Shown in pieces: positions 8,327 to 18,726 of a stretch of 18,726 nucleotides of DNA. The notes beneath the pieces are model-generated. The model searched no databases. It saw only the letters and a program-made list of their open reading frames with translations, and had not been told where the DNA came from. A program made the translations under genes and the position numbers. The stretch is taken from the NCBI GenBank assembly GCA_051294375.1, contig JBJCIZ010000869.1:1-18726 (forward strand), read 5' to 3'. Every line of letters begins with the position of its first letter. Positions within the stretch are counted from its first letter, which is position 1. The DNA comes from Paraspadella gotoi (lineage: Eukaryota > Animalia > Chaetognatha).

Positions 8327-8510
8327 CTGAAAGAGAATTAAAGACAGAAAATAAATTTTCCTAACATCATTATGTATAAAAATAGATTAAAGTATCAGTT
8401 CATACAATGTGATAAAGTCTATTAATTTTTCAATATTAATCAAAAAGAAAAAAAAATATAACAGATTCATCAGTTAAAAGCCTAATAATCATATCTATCA
8501 ACATACTTAC
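8327..8510 (-). other. Putative 184-nt 5' UTR intron of the transposase
   Basis: Minus-strand donor GCA|GTAAGT at 8510 and acceptor TTCTCTTTCAG|GT at 8327, ~32 nt upstream of the ATG. Motif evidence only. Confidence 0.6.
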
Positions 8511-8586
8511 TGCTTTAAAAGTGAAAAGAAACTGTTTAAAGATGTTTAAATATCTTTTTATAAAAACAAACAAATTTCCTCTCTTT

Positions 8587-11500
8587 GTATTTACGTTTTT
8601 ATTACTTTTTACTTTGTAGAAAAAGTCGTTTATCGGTGTTTTTTAACTCTTTTTAACATTGGAAAAAAATGCGTTTGCCGGTTTTTTTTACAAGTTGTTT
8701 TTATTCTTTTTACATTGAAAAAAATCGTTTTCTGTTATTTTTTAATAGTTTTCAATATCTTTTTAAGATGAAAAAGTCGTTTTCTGGTGTATTTTTTAAC
8801 GTTTTATTCTTAATGAGAGTGAGAGAAGCTACATAAATTAAAAAAAAGAGAGAGAGAAGGAGACATTAAAAATAAAAGCGAGAGAAATTTGTTTGTTTGA
8901 TAAAATGTATAGATATATTTAATAACTGTCTCACCCATTTTAACAAACTCGGATGATGTTATTTGCAGAACTATTTACGTTTTTATTTTCTTTTTTCTTT
9001 TGAAATATCGTTTTTTCCCGGTGTTTTAGAAATTTTTTAAATCTCTTTTACATTGAAAAAGCGTTTTCTCTTGTTTTTAAAAGTGTTATCTCTTTTGGAA
9101 ATATCGTTCTGCCGTTTGTTATTTAACGTTTTTATCATTTTTACTTTAGAAAAGTCGTTATCGGTGTTTTTTTAACTCTTTTTATCAAAACATTGGAAAA
9201 AATCCGTTTGGCGTGTTTTTTTAAAAGTTTTTATTTCTTTTACATTGGAAAATCGTTTTCTTGTTATTTTTAAAGTTTCATATCTTTTTACAGAGAAAAA
9301 GTCGTTTTCATGCGTGTATTTAACGTTTTTATCTATTTTAGATGTGAGAAGGAAAGCTACATAAAATTAAAGAGAAAAGACTGAGAAGAGGAGACAAATA
9401 AAGGAGAAATTTGTTTGTTTTAGACGATAAAAAGATATTAATTAACTGTCCTTACCCATTTTAACAACCTCGATGATGTTATTTGCAGAAGTATTTAACG
9501 TTTTTTTTCTTTTTTCTTTGAAAATACGTTTTCGCGGTGTTTTAGAAATTTTTTATCTCTTTTTACTATTTGAAAAAGCGTGTTTTCTGTTTTTAAAGTT
9601 GTTATCTCTTTTGGAAATATCGTCTGCCGGTGTATGTTTAACGTTTTTATCACTTTTTACTTTAGAAAAGTCGTTTATCGCGTGTTTTTTTAACTTACTT
9701 TTTACATTGGAAAAATACGTTTGCGGTTTTTTTAAAGTTTTTATTTCTTTTTTACAATTGCGGAAAAAATCGGTTTCTGTTATTTTTTAAAGTTTTTCAT
9801 ATCTTTTTACAGAAAAAGTCGTTTTCTGGTGTATTAACGTTTTTATCTATTGCAGAGTGAGAGAAAGCTACAATAAAAAGTAAAGAGAAAAGAGAGAGAG
9901 AAGGAGACTAAAAAAAAAAGAGAGGAAATTTGTTTTTTTTTGATTAAAAAGATATTAATAACTGTTCTCTCACGGCCAATTTGAACAACCTCGATGATGT
10001 TATTTTGCAGAAGTATTTAACGTTTTTTATTTCTTTTTTCTTTGAAAATATCGTTTTCCGGTGTTTTTAGAAATTTTTTACTCTTTTTACATTGGAAAAA
10101 GCGTTTTTCTTGTTTTTAAAGTTGTTATTCTCTTTTTGGAAATATCGTCTGCCGCGTGTATTTAACGTTTTTATCACTTTTTACTTTAGAAAAGTCGTTT
10201 AGTCGGTGTTTTTTAACTCTTTTTACAATTGGAAAAATCGTTTGCCGGTTTTTTTAAAGTTTTTATATTCTTTTTACATTGAAAAAATCGTTTTCTTGTT
10301 TATATTTTTAATTAATTTTTAAGTTTCATATCTTTTTACAGAGAAAAAGTCGTTTTCTGGTGTATTTAACGTTTTTATCTATTGAGAGTGAGAGAAAGCT
10401 ACATAAAATTAAAAGAAAAGAGAGAGAGAAGGAGACATAAAAATAAAAGAGAGAAATTTGTTTGTTTTGATAAACGTATTAAAAATATATTTAATAACTG
10501 TCCTCACCCAATTTAACAACCTCGATGATGTTATTTGCAGAAGTATTTAACGTTTTTATTTCTTTTTTTGAAAATTATCGTTTTCCGGTGTTTTAGAATT
10601 TTTTATCTCTTTTTACATTGGAAAAAGCGTTTTTCTTCGTTTTTTAAAGTTGTTATCTCTTTTGGAAATATCGTCTGCCGGTGTTATTTAACGTTTTTAT
10701 CAACTTTTTACTTTTAGAAAGTCGTTTATCGGTGTTTTTTAACTCTTTTTACATTGGAAAAATCGTTTGCCGGTTTTTAAAGTTTTTATTTCTTTTTACA
10801 TTGGAAAAAATCGTTTTCTGTTATTTTTAAAGTTTTCATATCTTTTTACAGAGAAAAAGTCGTTTCTGTGGTGTATTTAACGTTTTATCTATTGAGAGTA
10901 GAGAAAAAGCTACATAAAATTAAAGAGAAAAGAGAGAGAGAAGGAGACATAAAAATAAAAGAAGAGGAAATTTGTTTGTTTTGATAAAAAAGATATTTAA
11001 TAACTGTCCTCCCCAACCCAATTTTAACAACCTCGATGATGTTATTTGCAGAAGTATTTAACGTTTTTTATTTCTTTTTTTCTTTGAAAATATCGTTTTC
11101 CGTGTTTTAGAAATTTTTTATCTCTTTTTATATTGGAAAAAGCGTTTTTCTTTGTTTTTAAAGTTGTTATCTCTTTTGGAAATATCGTCTGCCGGTGTAT
11201 TTAACGTTTTTTATCACTTTTTACTTTTAGAAAAGTCGTTTATCGGTTTTTTAAACTCTTTTTACATTGGAAAAATCGTTTGCCGTTTTTTTAAGTTTTT
11301 ATTTTCTTTTTACATTGGAAAAAATCGGTTTTCTGTTATTTTTAAAGTTTTCATATCTTTTTACAGAGAAAAAGTCGTTTTCTGGTGTATTTAACGTTTT
11401 TATCTATGAGAGTGAGAGAAAGCTACATAAATTAAAGAGAAAAGAGAGAGAGAAGGAGACATAAAAATAAAAGAGAGGAAATTTGTTTGTTTTGATAAAA

Positions 11501-14500
11501 AGATATTTAATAACTGTCCTCACCAATTTTAACAACCTCGATGATGTTATTTGCAGAAGTATTTAACGTTTTTATTTCTTTTTTCTTTGAAATATCGTTT
11601 TTCCGTGTTGTTTTAGAAATTTTTTATCTCTTTTTACATTGGAAAAAGCGTTTTTTCTTTTTTTAAAGTTGTTATCTCTTGGAAATATCGTCGCTTGCCG
11701 GTTGTATTTAAGCGTTTTTATCAACTTTTTAACTTTAGAAAAGTCGTTTTATCGGTGTTTTTTAACTCTTTTTTAGCATTGAAAAACGTTTGCCGTTTTT
11801 TTTCAAGTTCTTTATTTCTTTTTACATTGGAAAAAAATCGTTTTCTTGTTATTTTTAAAGTTTTCATATCTTTTACAGAGAAAAAGTCGTTTTCTGGTGT
11901 ATTTAACGTTTTTATCTATTGAGAGTGAGAGAAAGCTACATAAAATTAAAGAGAAAGAGAAGAGAAGGAGACATAAAATAAAAGAGAGGAAATTTTGTTT
12001 TTTTGATAAAAACGTATTAAAATAGATATTAATAACTGTCCTTCACTCCATTTTAACAACCTCGATGATGTTATTTGCAGAAAGTATTTAAACGTTTTTA
12101 TTTCTTTTTCTTTGAAAATATGTTTTTTCCGGTGTTTTTAGAAATTTTTATCTCTTTTTACATTGGAAAAAGCGTTTTTCTCTGTTTTAAAGTTGTTATC
12201 TCTTTGGAAATATTCGTCTGCCGGTGTATTTTAACGTTTTTATCACTTTTTACTTTAGAAAGTCGTTTATCGGTGTTTTTTAACTTTTTTTACATTGGAA
12301 AAATCGTTTGCCGGTTTTTTTTAAAGTTTTTTATTTCTTTTTACATTGGAAAAAATCGTTTCTGTTATTTTTAAAGTTTTTCATATCTTTTTACAGAGAA
12401 AAAGTCGTTTTCTGGGTGTTATTTAAACGTTTTTATCTATTGAGAGTGAGAGAAAGCTACATAAAATTAAAGAGAAAAGAGAGAGAGAAGGAGACAATAA
12501 AATAAAAGAGAGGAATTTGTTTGTTTTGATAAAAAGATATTTAATAACTGTCCTCACCCAATTTTAACAACCTCGATGATTTATTTTGCAGAAGTATTTA
12601 ACGTTTTTATTTCTTTTTTCTTTGAAAATATCGTTTTCCGGTGTTTTTTAGAAATTTTTTATCTCTTTTTACATTGGAAAAAGCGTTTTTCTTTGTTTTT
12701 TAAAGTTGTTATCTCTTTGGAAAATATCGTCTGCCGGTGTATTTAACGTTTTTATAACTTTTTACTTTTAGAAAAGTCGTTTACGGTGTTTTTTAACTCT
12801 TTTACATATGGAAAAAACGTTTGCCGTTTTTTTAAAGTTTTTATTTCTTTTTACATTGGAAAAATCGTTTTCTGTTATTTTTTAAAGTTTTCATATCTTT
12901 TTACAGAGAAAAGGTCGTTTTCTGGTGTATTTAACGTTTTTATCTTTTGAGAGTGAGAGAAAGCTACATAAAATTAAAAAAAAGAGAGAGAGAAAGGAGA
13001 CATAAAATAAAAGAGAGGGAAATTTGTTTTTGTTTTGATAAAAAAGATATTTAATAACTGTCTCACCCAATTAACAAACCTCGATGATGTTATTTGCAGA
13101 AGTATTTAACGTTTTTATTTCTTTTTCTTTGAAAATATCGTTTTTCCGGTGTTTTAGAAATTTTTTATCTCTTTTTACATTGGAAAAAAGCGTTTTTCTT
13201 TCTTTTTTAAAGTGTTATCTTCTTGGAAATATCGTCTGCCGGTGTATTTAACGTTTTTATCACTTTTTACTTTAGAAAAGTCGTTTATCGGTGTTTTTAA
13301 CTCTTTTTACATTGGAAAAAACGTTTGCCGTTTTTTTTAAAGTTTTTAATTTCTTTTTACATTGGAAAAAAATCGTTTTTCTGTTATTTTTAAAGTTTTC
13401 ATATCTTTTTACAGAGAAAAAGTCGTTTTCTGGTGTATTTAACGTTTTTTTATTTGAGAGTGAGAGAAAGCTACATAAAATTAAAGAGAAAGAAGAGAGA
13501 GAAGGAGACATAAAAATAAAAGAGAGGAAATTTGTTTGTTTTATAAAAGTATTAAAATTTTAATAACTGTCCTTTACCCATATTTTTTAAACAACCTCGT
13601 ATGATGTTATTTGCAGAAGTTATTTAACGTTTTTATTTCTTTTTTTCTTGAAATATCGTTTCCGGTGGTTTTTAGAATTTTTTATCTCTTTTTATTTGCG
13701 AAAAAGAGCGTTTTCTTGCTTGTTTTTAAAGTTGTTATCTCTTTTGGAAAATGATCGTCATGCCGGTGTATTTAACGTTTTATCAACTTTTTACTTTAGG
13801 AAAAGTCGATTTTATCGTGTTTTTTAACTCCTTTTTACATTGGAAAAATCGTTTTGCCGTTTTTTTAAAGTTTTTATTTCTTTTTACTTGGAAAAAATTC
13901 GTTTTCTGTTTTATTTTTAAAGTTTTCATATCTTTTACAGCAGAAAAAGTCGTTTTTGGTGTATTTAACGTTTTTATCTATTGAGAGTGAGAGAAAGCTA
14001 CATAAAATTAAAGAGAAAAAGAGAGAGAGAAGGAAGACATAAAAATTAAAAAGAGAGGAAATTTGTTTGTTTTGGATAAAAAGATATTTAATAACTGTCC
14101 TCACCCATTTTAACAACCTCGATGATGTTATTTGCAGAAAGTATTTAACGTTTTTATTTTTCTTTTTCTTTGAAAATTCGTTTCCGGTGTTTTAGAAATT
14201 TTTATTCTTTTTTACATTGGAAAAAGCGTTTTTTCTTTCTTTTTAAGTTGTTATCTTCTTGGAAATATCGTTCCTGGGTGTACTTTAACTGTTTTTATTC
14301 ACTTTTTACTTTTAGAAAGTCGTTTAATCGGTGTTTTTTAACCTCTTTTTACATGGAAAAAATCGTTTGCCGTTTTTTTTAAAGTTTTGTTTTTTTACAT
14401 TGGAATAAATCGTTTTCTCTGCTATTTTTAAAGTTTTCATATCTTTTACAGAGAAAAAGTCGTTTTCTTGGTGTATTTAACGTTTTTACTATTGAGAGTG

Positions 14501-17500
14501 AGAGAAAGCTACTAAATATTAAGAGAAAAGAAGAGAGAGAAGGAAGACATAAAAATTAAAAGAGAGGAAATTTGTTTGTTTTTGATAAAAGATATTTAAT
14601 AACTGTCCTCACTCCAATTTTAACAAACTCGGATGATGTTATTTGCAGAACTATTATTTAACTTTTTTATTTTTTTTCTTTGAAATATCGTTTCCGGTGT
14701 TTTAGAAATTTTTTATCTCTTTTTACATTTGGAAAAATAGCGTTTTTTCTTTGTTTTTTAAAGTTGTTATCTCTTTGGAAATATCGTCTGTCGGCTGTAT
14801 TTAACGTTTTATTACTTTTTACTTTAAGAAAGAGTCGTTTATCGGTGTTTTTTTAACTCTTTTTACATTGGAAAAAAAACGTTTGCCGTTTTTTTTTAAA
14901 GTTTATTGTTTTTTTAGCATTGGAAAAAACGTTTTCTGGTTATTTTTAAACGTTTTCATATCTTTTTCAGAGAAAATAGTCGTTTTCCTCTGGTGTATTT
15001 ACGTTTTTTAATCTATATGAGAGTGAGAGAAAGCTACATAAAATTAAAGAGAAAAGAGAGAGAGAAGGAGACTAAAAATAAAAGAGAAGGAAATTTGTTT
15101 GTTTTTGATAAAAAGATTAAAGATTAATAAACTGTCCTCACCCCAATTTTAACAACCTCGATGATGTTATTTGCAGAAGTATTTTAACGTTTTTTATTTT
15201 CTTTTTTCTTTGAAAATATCGTTTTACCGTAACGTGTTTTAGAAATTTTTATCTTCTTTTTTACAATGTGAAAGAGCAGGTTTTTTTCTTGTGTTTTTAA
15301 AGTTGTTATCTTTTGAAATACGTCTGCCGTTATGTATTTTAACGTTTTTTATCACTTTTTACTTTTAAAGAAAAAGTCGTTTATCTGGTGTTTTTTAACT
15401 CTTTTTAACAATTGGAAAAAATCGTTTCCGGTTTTTAAAAGTTTTTATTCTTTTTACATATTGGAAAAAATCGTTTTCTTTATTTTTTAAAGTTTTCATA
15501 TCTTTTTACACGAGAAAAAGTCGTTTTCTGGTGTTATTTAACGTTTTTATCTATTTGAGAGTGAGAGAAAGCTACTAATAAAATTTAAAGAAGAACGAGA
15601 AAGAGCAAAAGAGAGGAAATTTGTTTTGTTTTTTGATGAAAACGATGCTATTTAACTAACTTGTCCTCACCCCAAATTTAACACCTCGATGATTTATTTG
15701 CAGAAGTTATTTAACGTTTTATTTTCTTTTTTCTATTTGAAAATATCGATTTTTCCGGTGTTTTTAGAATTTTTATTCTTGCTTTTTACATTTGGAAAAG
15801 CGTGGTTTCTCGCTTCTGTTTTTAAGTTGTTATCTCTTTGGAATATCGTCCTGCCGGGGTATTTAACGTTATTATCACTTTTACTTTAGAAAAGTCGTTT
15901 CTATCGGTGTTTTTAACCTCATTCTTTACATTGGAAAAATCGTTTGCCGGTTTTTTAAAAGTTTTTATTTCTTTTTAACAATGGAAAAATTCGTTTTCTG
16001 CTTATTTTTAAAAGTTTCATATCTTTTTACAGAGAAAAATCGTTTTCTGGTAGTATTTAACGTTTTTTATCTATTGAGACGTGAGAGAAAGCTACATAAA
16101 ATAAGAGAAAAGAGAGAGAGAGGAGACTAAAAAAAAGAGAGGAAATTTGTTTTGTTTGATAAAAAGCATATTAATAACTGTCCTCACCCAATTTACACTC
16201 AACCTCGATTGATGTCATTTGCAAGAAGTATTTAACGTTTTTAATTTCTTTTTTCTTTGAAAAAATATCGTTTTCCGGTGTTTTTTAGAAATTTTTTAAC
16301 TCTTTTTACATTGGAAAAAGCGTTTTCTTTGTTTTTAAAAGTTGTTATCTCTTTGGAAATATTCGTCTGCCGGTGTATTTAACGTTTTTACACTTTTTAC
16401 TTTAGAAAGTCGTTTATCGGTGTTTTTTTTTAACTCTTTTTTACCATTGGAAAAATCGTTTGCCGGTTTTTTTTTAAAAAAGTTTTTTACTTTTTACATT
16501 GGAAAAAATCGTTTTCTGTTATTTTTAAAGTTTTCAATATCTTTTTTACAGAGAAAAAGTCGTTTTTCTGGTGTCATTTAACGTTTTTAATCTATTGAAG
16601 AGTGAGAGAACTCTAAAATTAAAGAAAGAAAGAGAGAGAGAAGGGAGACATTAAAAATAAAAGGGAGAAATTTGTTTGTTTGATAAAAAGTATTAAAATT
16701 TTTAAAATAACTGTCCTCAACCCAATTTAAACACAACCTCGATGATTTATTTGCAGAAAGTATTTAACTTTATTTTTTTCTCTTTGAAAATATCGTTTTC
16801 CACGGTGTTTTAGAATTTTTATCTCTTTTTACATTTGGAAAAAGAGCGTTTTTCTTTGTTTTTAAAGTTAGTTATCTCTTTGGAAATATCGTCTGCCTGT
16901 GTATTTACGTTTTTTATTACGTTTTCTACTTTAGAAAAGTTCTTTTATCGCGGTGTTTTTTAACTCTTTTTACATTGCGAAAAAACGTTTGCCGTTTTTT
17001 AAGTATTTATTTCTTTTTACATTTGGAAAAAATCGTTTTCTGTTATTTTTTAAAGTTCATATATCTTTTACCAGCAGAAAAACGTCGTTTTCTGGTGTAT
17101 TAAACGTTATTATCTATTGACGAGTGAGAGAAAGCTACATAAAATTAAAGAGAAAAGAGAGAGAGAGGAGACATAAAAAATAAAAGAGAGGAAATCTTGT
17201 GTTGTTTTGATAAAAAGATATAATTAATACTGTCCTCACCCAATTTTAACAACCTCAATGTTTTTTGCAGAAGTATTTAACGTTTTTATTTCTTTTTCTT
17301 TGAAAATATACGTTTTCCGGTGTTTTTAGAAATTTTTATCTCTTTTTATATTGGAAAAAGCGTTTTTCTTTGTTTTTAAAGTTGTTATCTCATTGGAAAT
17401 ATCGTCTTGCCGGTGTATTTAACGTTTTTTATTAACTTTACATTTAGGAAAAGTGCGTTATCAAGTGTTTTTTAACTTTTTTACATTGGAAAAAACGTTT

Positions 17501-18726
17501 GCCCGTTTTTTAAGAATTTTATTTCTTTTAGCATGGAAAAAATCGTTTTTCTGTTATTTTTAAAGTTTTCTATCATTTTTACACAGAGAAAAAGTCGTTT
17601 TCTGGTGTATTTAACGTTTTTATCTATTAGAGTGGAGAAAGCTACTTAAAATTAAAGAGAAAAAGAGAGAGAGAAGGAGACATAAAAATAAAAGAGAGGA
17701 AATTTGTTTTTTTTGATAAAAAGATATTTAATACTGTCCTTCACCCAATTTTAACAACTCGATGATGTTTTTGCAGAAGTATTTAACGTTTTATTTCTTT
17801 TTTCTTTTGAAAATATCGTTTTCCCCGGTGTTTTTAGAAATTTTTTATTTTTTTACATTGGGAAAAAGCGTTTTTTTCTTTTTTTTAAAGTTGTTATCTC
17901 TTTGAAAATATGCGTCTGCGGTGTATTTAACGTTTTTATCACTTTTTAACTTTTAGAAAAGTCCGTTTATCGGTGTTTTTAAACATTCTTTTTTACATAT
18001 GAAAAAACGTTTGCCGTTTGTTTAAAGTTTTTATTCTTTTTACATTGGAAAAAATCGTTTTTTGTTATTTTTAAAGTTTTATATTCTTTTTACAGAAGAA
18101 AAAAGTCGTTTTCCTGGGTGTATTTTAACGTTTTTATCTATTGAGAGTGAGAGAAAGCCTACATTAAATAAAGAGAAAAGAGAGCAGAGAAGGAGACATA
18201 AAATAAAAGAGAGCGAAATTTTGTTTGTTTTGATAAAAAGATATTAATAACGTCCTCAACCCAATTTTAACAACCTCGATATGTATTTGCAGAAGTATTT
18301 ACGTTTTTATTTCTTTTTTCTTTTGAAAATATCGTTTCCGGTGTTTAGAATTTTTTTATCTTTCTTTTTACATTGTGAAAAAGCGTTTTTCTTTTGTTTT
18401 TAGTTGTTATCTCTTTTGAAATATCGTCCTGCCGGTGTATTTATCGTTTTTTATCAACTTTTTACTTTAGAAGTCGTTTATCGTGTTTTTTTTAAACCTC
18501 TTTTTTACATTGGAAAAATCGTTTTGGCCTTTGTTTTTTTAAATATTTTATTTCTTTTTACAATGTGGAAAAAATCGTTTTCTGGTTTATTTTTAAAGTT
18601 TTTCATGATCTTTTTACGAGAAAAAGTCGTTTTCTGGTGTATTTAACGTTTTTATGCTATTGAGAGTGAGAGGAAAGCTTACAAAAATTAAGAGAAAAGA
18701 GAGGAGAGAAGGAGACATAAAAATAA
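8587..18726. repeat. Satellite array, ~518-bp monomer, ~19.5 copies, running off the window
   Basis: Marker (C)CTCGATGATGTTATTTGCAGAA recurs 19 times from ~8948 to ~18274 (mean period ~518). Each monomer has ~7 T-rich subrepeats of ~45-50 bp plus a ~170-bp part with a GA-rich tract. Confidence 0.98.

Larger units (their letters stand above)
6150..8545 (-). mobile_element. hAT-superfamily DNA transposon; one terminus at 6150, the other not in the window
   Basis: CAGGGTTGGCA terminus, AAAACCC/GGGTTTT subterminal repeats and a transposase gene. The right coordinate only marks where satellite-related sequence begins. Confidence 0.88.

Noticed and set aside
9473-18646. Numerous F/L/K-rich ORFs in the satellite
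   Set aside because: Products of T-rich repeats; frames are not conserved between monomers and no domain motifs are present.

Overview
AT-rich eukaryotic, probably invertebrate, repeat-dominated DNA with no recognisable host gene. Left to right: (1) two inverted ~0.75-0.8 kb copies of a non-coding element with Helentron/HINE-like hallmarks (terminal hairpin, (GTC)n tract, internal palindrome) at ~187-981 and ~2767-3491, flanking a ~1.8 kb CpG-richer spacer with microsatellites and a 23-bp tandem repeat. (2) A 5'-truncated L1/Tx1-type LINE 3' end (CCHC knuckle, repetitive 3' UTR, poly-A; ~3493-4706). (3) The 5' part of a second LINE in the same orientation: a frameshifted SGNH-esterase ORF1 with Cys/His knuckles and the start of an APE-endonuclease ORF2. 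(4) A hAT DNA transposon inserted at 6150 into that endonuclease, with a disrupted, intron-containing BED-finger DDE transposase on the minus strand. (5) From ~8587 to the end, ~19.5 copies of a ~518-bp satellite built from ~45-50-bp subrepeats, with a 41-bp inverted piece at its junction and signs of 3-unit higher-order periodicity. Many indels, especially in the satellite, look like long-read error. All calls come from reading motifs by eye; no searches were run.
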